64,000 bases of DNA from the human T2T-CHM13v2.0 reference genome, Homo sapiens (GCF_009914755.1 NC_060931.1); one strand, 5' to 3'. Positions 1 through 14,446 are shown, counted from the stretch's first letter. Program-made: numbers and translations. Notes: generated by a model from the letters alone, not told the origin.

Positions 1-582
1 GGGCAGATATACTTACATTTTTTTATCACCATATTTGCTATTTATTTTATTTGACCTAACATGTATACAATACTTAACTATATTTCAGACACTATGCTAA
101 ACACTTTATTAACTTTTATTTGAGCCTCATGGCTAATGCCAGGAGGTAGGTGCTATTATGATCTTCTATAGAAGAGGATTCAACAGGAAACCCAGCCAAC
201 TCTATTTAGCGCAGTTAGCCAAAATTTACATTCACTAGATAGATGTATCAAAATATTATTGAAGTCACTTGAGCTTTGTTGAATTTCTCATGTTGATAAA
301 GATTAATTAGAACTGTTTTTGTTTTTTTTATTTTGAAAGGAGGTAGACAGAGAACTCAGCCAATAAAAATTACATGAAAATCACTTAGAAATTACCACTG
401 ATTTTACAAAAGTTTAGATCCTCTCAAGTTCTTGGTGTGCTTAAGTGCTATTTTATAAAGCAGATGACTACAATATTCCTTATCATGTGTGCACGTGTGT
501 GTTATTCTTTGTGCCTAGGAAAACAGTATTAGAAGATACTTTGAGTAGAGAGCACATCAACTTTGAACAACTTCAGCATTGA

Positions 583-923
<341 letters not shown>

Positions 924-1730
924 AACTGTGCCTTTTTATCATCAGAGAAATTCCGTCAGTGGATATTGACTGCTAACAGGCTCTTCGTGTTTTCATTGAA
1001 CTTTAAAAGCACCCTTTTCAGCTTTGGATTTTCATATGAACTTTATAAATAATCATCACATTACATTACATGGTATTGTTATAAACTCTCAAGTACTCCT
1101 ACTGGTGTATATAGTTAGGCATTATTTCCACTCACAGGTGTCAAAATAAGGCATGTAGAAAGGAAAGCGGCTTACCCAAACTGCCCAAGGAGGAAGGGAT
1201 TGGAAACTATGGGGCAACCTTCCAGGAAAGGGGAAGAGGATACCAATGGTCGTGGGCTTCTCAAAGCAAAGATTAGAGAGTCCTGCAGAAAGAGTAACTC
1301 TGCCTCCCACACAAGGAGCATCAAGAGCTTAAAGGAAAGAGTCTGGAACAAACCCTAGGTGCCCTTTATAAGCCAGGACTGTCTGGGAATCCAAACCCGA
1401 AAACCTACTTGTGGACCCAAAGGGTTCCAGCCTGAAACAGGAAAACATATACAAAAAAACCTGATCAATTACCTAAGCTGTCTCAGATGTTCTGTTCTTA
1501 AGGTCCAGCGACAGAGAAGGCTTAATGAGAAAAATGGAATCATATAAGGGTTTAGTGATTAGAGATGATACTTGTATTTATCCTGTAGAGAGTCCTAGAA
1601 ACGGGATAGATGTTCCAGAGAAATATGTCAAACCCTTGGGTGGTGATATTTTTATTTTTGGCAACATATAATTTGTGTTGTGCTTTGACAAAAGGGCTGG
1701 GCTAGGCTAATGTGGCTTCTTTGTTTACAG

Positions 1731-1904
1731 ACTGTGGATTGAACGTACACAAACAGTGTTCCAAGCACGTTCCCAATGACTGCCAACCTGATCTCAAGAG
1801 GATCAAGAAAGTGTACTGTTGTGACCTCACAACACTTGTGAAGGCTCACAACACTCAGAGACCCATGGTGGTAGACATATGCATTCGGGAAATTGAAGCA
1901 AGAG
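1731..1904 (+). CDS. CHN2: CHN2 coding exon: end of C1 (DAG/phorbol-ester zinc finger) domain and start of RacGAP domain
   Basis: Acceptor ttctttgtttacag|, donor AG|gtttgg; 174 nt, phase 1-1; encodes (D)[57 protein letters not shown], matching recalled beta-chimaerin. Confidence 0.97.
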
Positions 1905-2028
1905 GTTTGGAAAATACTTCCTATTATAGTAGTATAGTGATTTTATTTTTATTGTTTGTTTTTACTGTTGTCAAGGAAACAGAGTTGCTCTACTACTCTT
2001 GTTGGGAAAATGACCTACGCATGTGTGC

Positions 2029-2052
2029 GCACACACACACTCTCTCTCTCTC
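2029..2052. repeat. (CA)n(CT)n microsatellite
   Basis: Seen directly. Confidence 0.85.
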
Positions 2053-2205
2053 ACAGGTAGACTCAATCCAACCAGCTATATCAATTTCCATTGTATATAT
2101 AAACCATGCATATATGCATTCAAAAAATGTTTACTGAACATTTATTATATGGTAGGCATTGAGGTAATAAAGGTCACCATTCTCACCTTCAAGAAATTCA
2201 TACTT

Positions 2206-2401
2206 CAGCTGGGTGCAGTGGCTAACGCCTGTAATCCCAACACTTTTTGGAAGCTGAGGCCAGACAATCACCTGAGCCCAGGAGTTCAAGACCAGCATGG
2301 GCAACATAGTGAGACCCCATCCTACAAAATTCTTTTAAAAAATTAGCCAGGTGTGGTGGTGCACACCTGTAGTTCCAGCTACTCGAGAGGCTGAGGCATG
2401 G
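2206..2401 (+). mobile_element. 3'-truncated, tailless AluJ-like element inside an L2 remnant
   Basis: Left arm, A-linker and ~55 nt of right arm; flanked by perfect 15-bp repeat aagaaattcatactt (2191-2205, 2402-2416). Confidence 0.9.
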
Positions 2402-3709
2402 AAGAAATTCATACTTTAGAGTGGGCAATCAGGGGAGCAAATAAATAAACATTGTGGATGGCCGTGTTCAGGGTACCATGGAGTCACAAAGCAAAATGTT
2501 TTAATCCTATTTAAGGACGGTGAGAAGGGTTATGGCAGAGGTGAGGCTTGAATTGGAGCTTTGAAAAAAAAGGTGCTTCTGTTAAATAAGAAATTGTTGA
2601 GTAACACATACATCTCCTACCACATAAAAATGTGCTCCTAATATTCATCGTTTATTTCGAAGAGGAGAGTTCAAAGATTTAAAAGATCTATGCAATGAAA
2701 AATAAAGGAAACAAGGAAGATAGAAACATTCCAAAAAATGTTCTTTATGTTGTACATGAGTCACTTTTCCTTTATTTGTGCTTTCTTTGGCCACTGTTCA
2801 GTATCAAAATGTTCACTGAAGTTGCCGGATATAATTTGGGTGATTTGGCCATGTATAGAGCCTTTCTATAAGGCTTAAACCACTTTTGCCATGTATCATA
2901 TTCTGTTATACTGGCTATCCATTATTGTGTCCTAATTGGCTTAATATATTTTATACATATATATTCATTGGTCAACTACCCCATTTTTTCCAAAGCACAA
3001 CTAAAGAGGATGTCATAGCTTATTATCCCAACCCTTTTAGAGAGAGGAAATTATTCCCTTTTCTATGGAGGGGGAAAACCATAGCTATCCTGTTCCCTGA
3101 GAACTTGCTAATTTAATCCCAGAGTGTAAGAAATGCCTTCTATCTTTTCACCACTGTGGCTGACAGAGCTTAATGAGTGCTTTGGGATCTGGTGAACATA
3201 TTAATCCAGTGGCTAAACTGGGTAAGAGGAAAGGAGGGATTCCCTGCCTCTGGATGAGTGGTTGGGACAAGTGACCCTGGGCCCTGCAGTTTGGGGTCAG
3301 ATTATCAGCCTCTCCAGAGCCTGCAGTCAGGGCTTTTCTGAAGAAGCTGGGGTCCTCCCATTGTGATCCTTACCAAAGACAACTGATAATTCAGGCATGA
3401 TAACTACTGACATGTCTAACATTTAAGAATAGGGGGCACTGCACTAAGTTTGCCTAGTACAAGAGCGAGATAGAGTAGCACAAATTAGGAATTGATGCCA
3501 AAAGAGTCACAGCACAGGGATTAGAGCCCCAGACAGGTATTAGGGGCCTAAGCATGCAAGCAGAACCAGAGAATGCACCGGGAGAAATTTGTATGACACC
3601 CGCATTCCCAGCTGTGGGGCCACCACTACCAACACTTTTCCCTGTCTTCCATCCATAAAAAATCCTTATTGTTCTCCAAATGTTCTTTTATGTTCATTTG
3701 TCTCTGCGT

Positions 3710-3920
3710 GATGTGGCAGAGTGAAAAGATCAAGGATTTGAAGTTAAATTATCAGCCCTGTCTCTTACTGGCTGTAGTATGACCTTGGGCAAGTTGCTTA
3801 CTACATTTGCATATCTGTTTCTTCATCTATAATATGAATGGAATCAACTGTACCTCATAAGGTGGTTGGTGAGGATTAAAGTGACTTGATACATAAATGG
3901 ACCGAGTACAATGTCCAATC
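3710..3920 (+). mobile_element. MIR
   Basis: Core motif gaccttgggcaagttgctta...tctgtttcttcatctataa...gaggattaaa. Confidence 0.75.
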
Positions 3921-3999
3921 TACTGAACTCAATCTATGTTAATTTTGCCTTTTCTTGGAATGACCCACACCCATACCTCCACCTCCAAATCTGTCTAAC

Positions 4000-4420
4000 T
4001 ATATTATGTAGCCTGTACATCTCAGTGCTGTCACAGAGACCCTGAGTAACAGTGCCTTTGACAAGATAGAAATCTATTTCTTTGCCCAGTAATAGTCCAG
4101 GTACCCAGGAGCAGTCCAGGAATAGTCTGTTCCACCGTGGCAGGAACCCAGGCACTGCAGCTTGTTGCTCTGTCCTGCTTGAGTGCTATCCTGCGTGCAC
4201 AATCACAGTTGGCCACCACCATCTCATCTGCATTTCACTTAACAGGAAGTGGAAAAGAGCATGCTCCATTCCTTCAAGGCCACAGAAGCTGTAAATGTCA
4301 CTTCTGCTCTCACATGGGCCAGAGTTTAATGGCCACTGCAATGGATATTGTTCTAAAAATCAAAGGTTCCATTACAACAGAAGAATGGGAGAACAAATAT
4401 TGGAAGGATAGCTGGCAACT
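4000..4420. mobile_element. Old MaLR LTR remnant (MLT1-like)
   Basis: Recalled similarity to MLT1 consensus; boundaries approximate. Confidence 0.45.
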
Positions 4421-4606
4421 TCTGCTACTCTGGCAAACTCTAACCATCCTTTATCATTTCCTTCAAAGATTAGCTTCTTAAAAAAGCATCTCGATGTAAT
4501 ACAGGGTGACGCTTTGCTCAGTGAAGCATGGGCTAAAGTCAGGAAAATTACCCCCATTTAATTATAATCCAAACCATACAACTTGGCATATTATATAAGG
4601 CATAGA

Positions 4607-4857
4607 TTTTTTTTTTTTAAAGTGCCGGGATACATGTGCAGAATGTGGAGGTTTGTTAAATAGGTATACATGTGCCATGGTGATTTGCTGCACCTATCAA
4701 CCTGTCATCTAAGTCTTAGGCCCTGTATGCATTAGGTATTTGTCCTAATGCTCTCCTTCCCCTTGACCCCCACCCTCCAACAGGCCCCGGTGTGTGGTGG
4801 TCCCCTCCCTGTGTCCATGTGTTCTCACTGTTCAACTCCCACTTATGAGTGAGAACA
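4607..4857 (-). mobile_element. 5'-truncated L1PA 3' end (~250 bp)
   Basis: Poly-T then gatacatgtgcagaatgtg...cccacttatgagtgagaac; degenerate TSD aaggcatagatttt / aaagcatggatttt. Confidence 0.9.
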
Positions 4858-4919
4858 AAAGCATGGATTTTTCTACGTTCCTTGAAAACCTGGATTTCTT
4901 TGAAAGTGACTCAGTGAAT

Positions 4920-5220
4920 CTTATGGCTGAATGTTTGTGTCCCCTGCCCCACCAAATTTACATATTGAAGCCCTAATCTCCAGTGTGATTGTCTTTGGAG
5001 ACGGAGGTCTCCAAAGAAATAATTAAGGCTAAATGAGGTCCTGAGGGAGGGACCCTAAACATTATGACTAATATCCTTATGAGAAGAGACACCAAAGAGC
5101 AAGCTCGCTCTCTCACTCTCCATGCACATATACCAAGGAAAGGACGTGTGAGAGAAGGTGGCCATCTATGAGCCAGAAAGAGAGCCTCACCAGAGGCCAG
5201 AACTTTGATTCATCCATCAA
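4920..5220 (+). mobile_element. MLT1A/B-like MaLR LTR fragment
   Basis: tatggctgaatgtttgtgtccc...catattgaagccctaatctccagtgtg...gagaaggtggccatctatgagccag. Confidence 0.7.
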
Positions 5221-6124
5221 CAGGCAGGGTTCATTGTTCACTGCTAGGGGCTCCCATAATCCACTGGGTCTGTGCCTCTGTGGCAGTGCATGTTCCAACT
5301 GGAATGAGATGTGCTCATATGCACCAACATCTTAGAACAGGATGACCCACAGGTTTCGTCTTGTGTGGCAACTCCAGTTGATCAGTAGTGGTCACCTGAA
5401 CAATTGGAACTGAGATGAATTCTGAGGCTAAATAGGGCTCAGTGGGAAAAAGGGCTGAGATCAACTAAGAGTATCTGTCATGGTCACAGGAGGGATGAGG
5501 GGAAGTATTCGTGATTTACGCCACGTATTTGTTGTCTCTGATGCATACCTAATGAAGACCCTTATATATGGCAGATAATACATACTCCATAAATGTTTTC
5601 CAAATGAAAAAACAGGAGAATATGTGAGTTATCAAGAGTTTGGCAGAATATATGGCGGCAGCAGCAGAGGCTATTTGTTTGCTCATTTTTACTGTAGCTA
5701 TAGTTTTGATAGCAGCTAGTTTGTGACATACAAAGTCTGAAACCCAGTCCTTTATCCCTGCTCATACTTTTGGGAACTGACTCGTTTTTAGGACATATCT
5801 TAACAAATCAATAAGCTCCAGGGACAGAAACCATGTCTTTTTTTCTTAGCCTAAATTTGCAGTGATCCAATTTCCAGAAGCAATAACCAAAACTTTATTT
5901 TCCTGCATCTGTTTGTATAATCAGTTGTCTAAAAGTATAACAAGTAACCGTTTTTAATTAAACAGTTAACATAGTCTTATTTACAAGTAAACATGAAAGG
6001 CTGTAATAGTCTAATTTTTTCCAATACAATCAGAGTAATACAGATTAGATACCCACATACATACATGTGTGTATCTAGTACAGTGCTACATACAATATAG
6101 CACATGGATTAAGATGATGCTAGG

Positions 6125-6230
6125 TACCCCATTTGCGCTGCTGTGATTATTACACATCTTATGCCTGTATCAAAATATCTCATATACCCCATAAATATAT
6201 ACACCTACTGTGTACCCACAAAAATTAATA
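6125..6230 (+). mobile_element. Very short L1MA-type 3' end with perfect 14-bp TSD
   Basis: ...cctactgtgtacccacaaaaattaat; TSD aagatgatgctagg at 6111-6124 and 6231-6244. Confidence 0.85.
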
Positions 6231-6610
6231 AAGATGATGCTAGGAAGAAAGCCAGGTTGCTTCCTACGATGACGAAATTCATGTCCATCAAGCTCATGAA
6301 CACAGGAAAGGAAGTAAGGGAACGGTCCATGGGAATCTTAAATATCAGTTCTCTTTGCAAAGCAGGGAAGGATGAAGACTGGATTTCCATTGAGATCTCC
6401 ACTGCTACATGGGCAAATGAGAACAGACTTGCCTGGGAAATTGAGACAGACAAGTCCAAGTTCTGATGCAACAGTGTGTGATAAATAAAATCACTGTCTA
6501 TGTTTGCTCATTTTCTGATAGCATGTAGTATAGACGTGAAATTAGTCTTTTTTTTTTTTTTTTAGATGTTTCAAGAAGCTAAAGTCAGTCTCTCTCTCTC
6601 TCTCTAACAG

Positions 6611-6688
6611 GATTAAAATCGGAAGGCCTTTACAGAGTCTCTGGGTTCACTGAACACATTGAAGATGTCAAAATGGCATTTGACAGAG
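6611..6688 (+). CDS. CHN2: CHN2 coding exon carrying the GAP arginine finger (GLYRVSG)
   Basis: (ct)n-aacag| acceptor, AG|gtaagc donor; 78 nt, phase 1-1; [26 protein letters not shown], in frame with the previous exon. Confidence 0.97.
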
Positions 6689-7094
6689 GTAAGCTTGTAC
6701 TTTCTTGAATGCCATCTGACATCCTAACACCCTTCTCGATTGGAAGTAGGTTTTAATCATAGTAGAAATGGGGTTTCAGAACTACTAAGAGTTGTTCTTC
6801 AAGAAACGGAGGAATAATGGCTTACAAATCTCATGTTTCTGCCTCACTGGGTGAAGTGTTTCCTTCACAGCCATTGATAAGTGATCACTGTCAATGGGCA
6901 GACAATCCACATGGCATTGGAGTACCCATCTGCATCCCCTGTCTCAGAATCCCATTCTTCTCATTCTCTCAAAGCTCCAAAGAAGGGATCATAGGGATGG
7001 GAGGGCACCCCCAGCACTAATGTAGGGGAAGGCAGTGGACATGTAGGAGGGAACTGCTTTTGTTCTTTATAACTGTGGTGTATATTCTCTAGAA

Positions 7095-7250
7095 CATACT
7101 ATCTCTTAAGTCAGATATCATGGCCATCCTGGGGATCCTGTTAAAAATATGGGTCACTGGGACCCAACTTGAAGACTCATTCAGAAAGCTGGATAAGCCC
7201 AAGAATCTGTATTTTTAATAAGCAATCCAAATAATTCTGGTACAGCCAGT
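7095..7250. mobile_element. MER5A-like hAT remnant
   Basis: cctggggatcctgttaaaaat...cccaagaatctgtatttttaataagc. Confidence 0.55.
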
Positions 7251-7339
7251 CAAGACATGGAAGCCCTACTGGATAGAGCCTACTGGATAGAGCCTCTACT
7301 TTGTAGTGTGGTATGTGAAATCAGTGAGGTAGCCCTCCC

Positions 7340-7785
7340 TCTCTCTTCAGACTTCTCTCCAGTTCCTCCTCCCTACTGTACTGCACACTCCAGCAATCCT
7401 GAAATACACCCTATTTGTTGCCATGAAGAAGTGCCTTGGCTCACATTGTCCTGTCTATCTGAAATGTATTCACCTCTCTGCCTGGCAAACACCTGTAATC
7501 AGGGGTCAGCTCAAGCCTTTCCTCCTTGAGGAAGCCTCGCTGACTACCCCAAGCTAACCTCAGAGCTCCACTTCCTTTTTCCACATCCCCCCACATTCTC
7601 CACACTTCTTCAGCATAGCAATCTTCCTATTTCCTTGTCATTGTTGAGTTGCATGTCTGTCAGTCAGTCTAACTAGAACTGTTGGTTGGCAGAGAGTATC
7701 TCTTTTCCATGGTTCATCAGGGCTTAATGGTGCTTGGCACATGACAGATTCTCAATAACTGTTTGCTAAATATGTAAATAATGAA
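7340..7785 (+). mobile_element. L2 3' remnant
   Basis: Pyrimidine-rich L2 body ending gtgcttggcacatgacagattctcaataactgtttgctaaat. Confidence 0.6.
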
Positions 7786-8041
7786 ATCAACATGGCATAT
7801 CTTCTATGCTTTTACTGTTTTCTATACATCGGCAGCTTTTTTCATCTTCAGAACCAAATTTGCTGAGGCATTTATTCTTTTAATTCTTTATGCAAAAGAT
7901 ATTAAGAATTCCTATATGATTAAAACATTTTTATCTAAAAAATGTCATAGTCTGTGACAAATTGGAGTGGTATTTCCTAACGGTAAAACTAAAAGTCAAA
8001 AAATGTCTTGAGAACTATTGTTAGAAATGGTAAGAAATATA

Positions 8042-8581
<540 letters not shown>

Positions 8582-9095
8582 CTAGGGGATCAGGGAGGAA
8601 GGATCAAGTTAAAAACAAACAAACAAACCCTTCAGTGAGCCTGAAAGAAACAATAAGAACTGAAACTATTCAACAATCATTTTGTGAACGTGACTTCCAA
8701 ATCCAAGTCTAAAAAACACTGGTGGAGATGTATTAGAGCTTCTTGATGTTCTCTTGTTTCAGATTAGATTGTCATTTTATTATGAACCTTAGTGTCCATA
8801 ATACAAATTATTGTGCTAAATTTCTATTTAGCAAATTACCAGGGGCTGGGACCCAAATCACTGTTTGAAGTTTGTTTTATCACCCGTTTGCCTGCACAAA
8901 CCCTCAGACCCTACCTCCCTCTCACCAAACTCCTTTCTGTTGCCTCCTACACTTCAGTGTTACTAGAAGCCAAAAGAGTTAGCTGAGACTTGTCAGGGAG
9001 CATTCATCGCTGGATTTTTTTTTTTTTTTCCTTTCTGTACATGCCTTGGTGAAATAAGGTCCTAATTAGGACTTGGATCACTGATTGTTTTTCAG

Positions 9096-9233
9096 ATGGT
9101 GAAAAGGCCGATATATCTGCCAATGTCTATCCAGACATAAACATCATCACTGGAGCCCTTAAACTGTATTTCAGAGACTTACCCATCCCTGTCATCACAT
9201 ATGATACCTATTCCAAATTTATAGATGCAGCAA
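9096..9233 (+). CDS. CHN2: CHN2 coding exon, RacGAP domain
   Basis: ttgtttttcag| acceptor, A|gtaagt donor; 138 nt; [46 protein letters not shown] (RhoGAP LKxYFRxLPxP motif). Confidence 0.97.
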
Positions 9234-9563
9234 GTAAGTACTTCAAATTAATTTTTTATTTCTACCAAATTTTTAAGTACAGTGCTTTTGACCTTCAGAT
9301 AATTAAAACTCAGAACTGTTTAAATTATTGCATTTGTGCCTGTCTTGTCAAGTGAGGGCACAACAATAAATAGCTGACCAGGCATAGTTCAACAGCTGAG
9401 CTGAACCAGTTCTAAGAACTCTGTGGGCTGATGTATGTGTCAGGCAGTTCTGTCCACATTGTTCCTTGTATGCTGGGAACCAACACAGTCACGCCTATTA
9501 TATGTTGAAAGCATGAATATTTCTGTAGCAGAAAAAAAAGTCTTCAATGAGGACTGACTAGAT

Positions 9564-9794
9564 CATGGGTATCCAATCTTTTGTCTTCCCTGGACCACAT
9601 TGGAAGAAGAATGTCTTGGGCCACACATAAAATATACTAACGTTAATGATAGATTTAATGATAATTTTAAATAATTTTTAAAATAAATTATTTTAAAATC
9701 TTATAATGTTTTAAGGTTTACAAATTTGTGCTGGGCCATGTTCAAAGCTGTCCTGGGCATGTGCGGCCCATAGGCTGCGGGTTAGACAAGCTTG
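9564..9794. mobile_element. MER30-like hAT-Charlie DNA transposon
   Basis: catgggtatccaatc...ggttagacaagcttg termini; 8-bp TSD gactagat/gtctagat. Confidence 0.8.
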
Positions 9795-9904
9795 GTCTAG
9801 ATTAACTACTTTTATCTGTTAGGCAGAATTTCATTCCTAGTCAGTTAAAGTCACAAGCAAGTTTTGTCTATTGATGCTGTTCAAAATGAATAGAGGGCCA
9901 GAAT

Positions 9905-10070
9905 ACACTGTGTCAAGCAGTATACTAGAACGTCTCACCAGTTTAATTCTCTCATGTACCCCATGTGGCAAATATTATAATCCCATTTTACAGAGAAGAA
10001 AAGCAAGGCTTGGAGAGCTGAGCTCATGCGTCCAGGAATGGGACATCAGGATTTGCTTTCCATCAGCCCG
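9905..10070 (-). mobile_element. MIR
   Basis: attataatcccattttacagagaagaaaagcaaggcttggagag. Confidence 0.65.
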
Positions 10071-11163
10071 GGGTTGCTCATTCAGTGTTTGGCACTTGGG
10101 CCCACTGCTGAGGGAGAGAGGAATAGAGTGAAAAGGGGGCAGGTCTGGGGGCAGGGGCTACACTTTGCCCAGGAAGAGTCAAAAGTGACCAAAGGTAGAT
10201 TCAGATGCTGAGACACATGACACGGAAGTCAAGCTCACTTTGAGGAAGTTTTTGCTTGTTGTTGTTGTTGTTGTTTTTATTTAAAAAAAAAAAAAAACCT
10301 TTAAAGGTTGAAAAGTTTAGGCATGCTGTTAAATGTAGTAATGAGATGCCTGATGGGGAGACACAAAGGCAGGCTGGGATCAGTGTGAGATGCACTTTTC
10401 GGATGAGCTGAGGCCCTGACCCCGGTAAGACTATTCCCTCCTTCCGGGGCCCTAGTGGTCCTGGCAAAGAAGGTTCTAGCATCTAGATATCCTCTACTCC
10501 AGGAGGAATAGCAGGAGGGTTTTCTTTGAGTAGCTGCCAGTACCTATCAGAGACCCAAAAGCCAGAAGCATGTACTCTTCCTCCCATTGTTAATGTGTCC
10601 AGTCTCCACTTCCTAACCTGGGCTGTGCACCGGGGTTAAGTATGCCAACGCCACGGTGAGAAGTGCCATGAGTGCAGGCTGAGTTGGGTGGCTCATTGCC
10701 AATGTCCTTGCCTTGTAAAATGTATTAGGTTGTAGAAGTCCGCCAGGGAAAGACTCATTAGACAACTGCAAGGCAATACTACCGTATGTGGTGCAGTTTA
10801 AATTAAAACTTGTGAGAGGGATATTTCTAGCAAATCTAGTGTTCAGAAGAAGGCAAAGCATAGTCTGCACATATGCTCCCTGACTGTAAGCATTCTGCTG
10901 GTTTACAGATTCATGGAGGGCAAGGACAGTGTCCAGCCTCTGGCCACCCAGAGGACATTCAATAAGCATGTGGTGCTCAGCCTCAAACTCTTTCCTGAAT
11001 GACACAGGACACCAACAAATTGATTAAGTGAAACAGTGCTTGGATTGCATGAATTTATTAGAATCCTTCCCCACTTCTGGCTAAAACAAAAACTTCTTGT
11101 TACTTCTCTGAAAACTTGAATGCCACACTCTGAACTAATACCCATCATGCGTGAACTTCACAG

Positions 11164-11269
11164 AAATCTCCAATGCAGATGAGAGGCTGGAAGCCGTCCA
11201 TGAAGTGCTGATGCTGCTGCCTCCTGCCCACTATGAAACCCTCCGGTACCTAATGATCCACCTCAAAAA
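11164..11269 (+). CDS. CHN2: CHN2 coding exon, RacGAP domain
   Basis: cttcacag| acceptor, AA|gtaagc donor; 106 nt, phase 1-2; [35 protein letters not shown]. Confidence 0.96.
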
Positions 11270-11433
11270 GTAAGCTCATGTCTCGTGCACAAAGCCTGCT
11301 CTGCTCCTAGAGCGGTTAATGCATGAGGAAAAGTGGACGGCATTCCTCCCCAGCCATAACTGCTGGAGTTTCACTGTGCCAGGAACCACTCCAGGCACTT
11401 TCAGTGTATCATCCCTATGAAAGGGGCGTCACT

Positions 11434-11754
<321 letters not shown>

Positions 11755-11999
11755 TCACTTGTGAGATTGCTGATGCCTGGGGAGGTTACACAGCTGATTT
11801 GAAGAGGTGAAGGCAGGATCCCAGGCAGGCTGATGTACAGCCTTTAACTACTCTGCCTCCGTGTCTGCATTTTCATCTGACACAAGCCCTGTACTCTGTG
11901 TCCTGTTCATCCCCCTGTTGCTTGCCCCTTTCCAGGCTCCTGAGACTGCCTGCCTCCTGGGAGAGCACATTCCCAGCCTGGTCTCTTATTTTTCTGGAT

Positions 12000-12712
<713 letters not shown>

Positions 12713-14446
12713 ACAGCTGTCTGCGTGAGTGTGTGGGAGACAGAGATGGAGACGTCTGGATGTTTATGGGACACTAGAACCTCTGGTGACACTATTCTCC
12801 CTAAACCTTGTGTCTCTTTCACTGCACATGTGTAATGAGGTCGATGAATTGGTGTTATAACATTGGAGGGATCAGGGCACATCTGTGTGCCTCTGTGTTT
12901 TTGAAAGATACTTGGCAGCAGCCCATTCTTTGATAAAAATAAAATGAACCAAAAATTGTCTACATTGACCAGTTTACAGATCTACTTAGTATGTGAAAAG
13001 AAGCAAACGGAGGACTGTATAAACAGTAGGTATTGAGATTTTTATTTAAACAGTAGGTATTGAGATTTTTATTTTTCTACCTTATAAGACATACAATAAG
13101 ACATACAATATTGTTGCTCAGATTCAGGGTGATGGTAACATTTAGCTCAGAATATTCCCATTCTGATTAATTTACTGAATTTAGGAGTGCAAGTAATTTT
13201 TAGATAATAAACTATGGGTATCACATCTGGCTTTCAATTAGCTGTAAAATACTTATTGTGATCAATATCCAGTTGTTACAGTTTGGAAGGCAAAGTACCA
13301 CTACCAGAAAAATGCTGACACCTTTCAGCTGAACCTTAAATGCCAATAATACTGTATCTTTATCATAGTGGGTTTGCCAGCCATCTTGTTTAGTCAGGCA
13401 TAGTGCCTGACTTAAGAGGAAACTGTGGGCACTTTGATGGTGAGAAACGTCCTCTTTCCAACCTTCTTCTTAGGCTTTGTGGCATGTACATGACACAAAC
13501 TGGGTTGACCTTAAAATAATACTCAATGGCTAATCCTAATGAGTTATAAGGAAATAGAAAGGGATGGCTTTTTATGCACAACCTAAACACATTTTAATTA
13601 TGTTTTCCTAAACACATTTTAATTATATTTTGCTCATTTTTGGAGAACCCATTCCCTTTTACATCTATTATGAACATTCTAAAACTTAAATTTGTGAAAA
13701 CAAAACTCTGGGAGATAGATAGATTGTAATTTTATTCCATGAGGAAGGTGTTAAACCAGCTTTGCAGTTTGAATTTTATTCTTAAAGGCTCTGCAGTTCT
13801 TACCTGGATGTCGAAATGATTTTTAATTTCAACTGCTGTAGACCTCATCCTGTGGGAACTAGAAATAATGTCCAACTGCCGTCCAGTCTGGCGACATTCC
13901 AGCCGTTCCCCCACCCCACGATAACGGCCTGACTCTTCCTCAATTCATGACAGCCCATTCTACACATAACCTTTCTCCTCTGGCACCGGTCCTCCCAGCA
14001 GAGAGGGATCCTGCCCTTCCCTTCCCACTCTCCAGCATACAGACCAGCAGGAAGCCACAAGAGGGAAAAAAAAAAAGCCTTCTGTATAAGGCCTATGAAA
14101 GGACCATGGGCCAGCCTCAGAATCTGCTGCCCCTACAAACCAGTATTCCTCAAATGATAGTTCCACATTTACTTAATAAGGAGGACTAATTTTCTAATTT
14201 TAAAAATTGTGTTCCTGCCAGATTCACATAAGTAATTCATTTCCACCGGCGAAGGCAATGTCAACAATTTAAAACGAAAAATCAGTAAATTACCCTTCCA
14301 AAAATACCTTTCTGCTTTCTGATTCCCAATCTTTTTCTTGCAATTTCCTGAACCAGAGATGTTATCGGGACTTACATACATAATCAATACATAAAATCAA
14401 TCCTCAAGTCTCCATAATGTCTCTGTTCTATATGTTTGTTTTGCAG

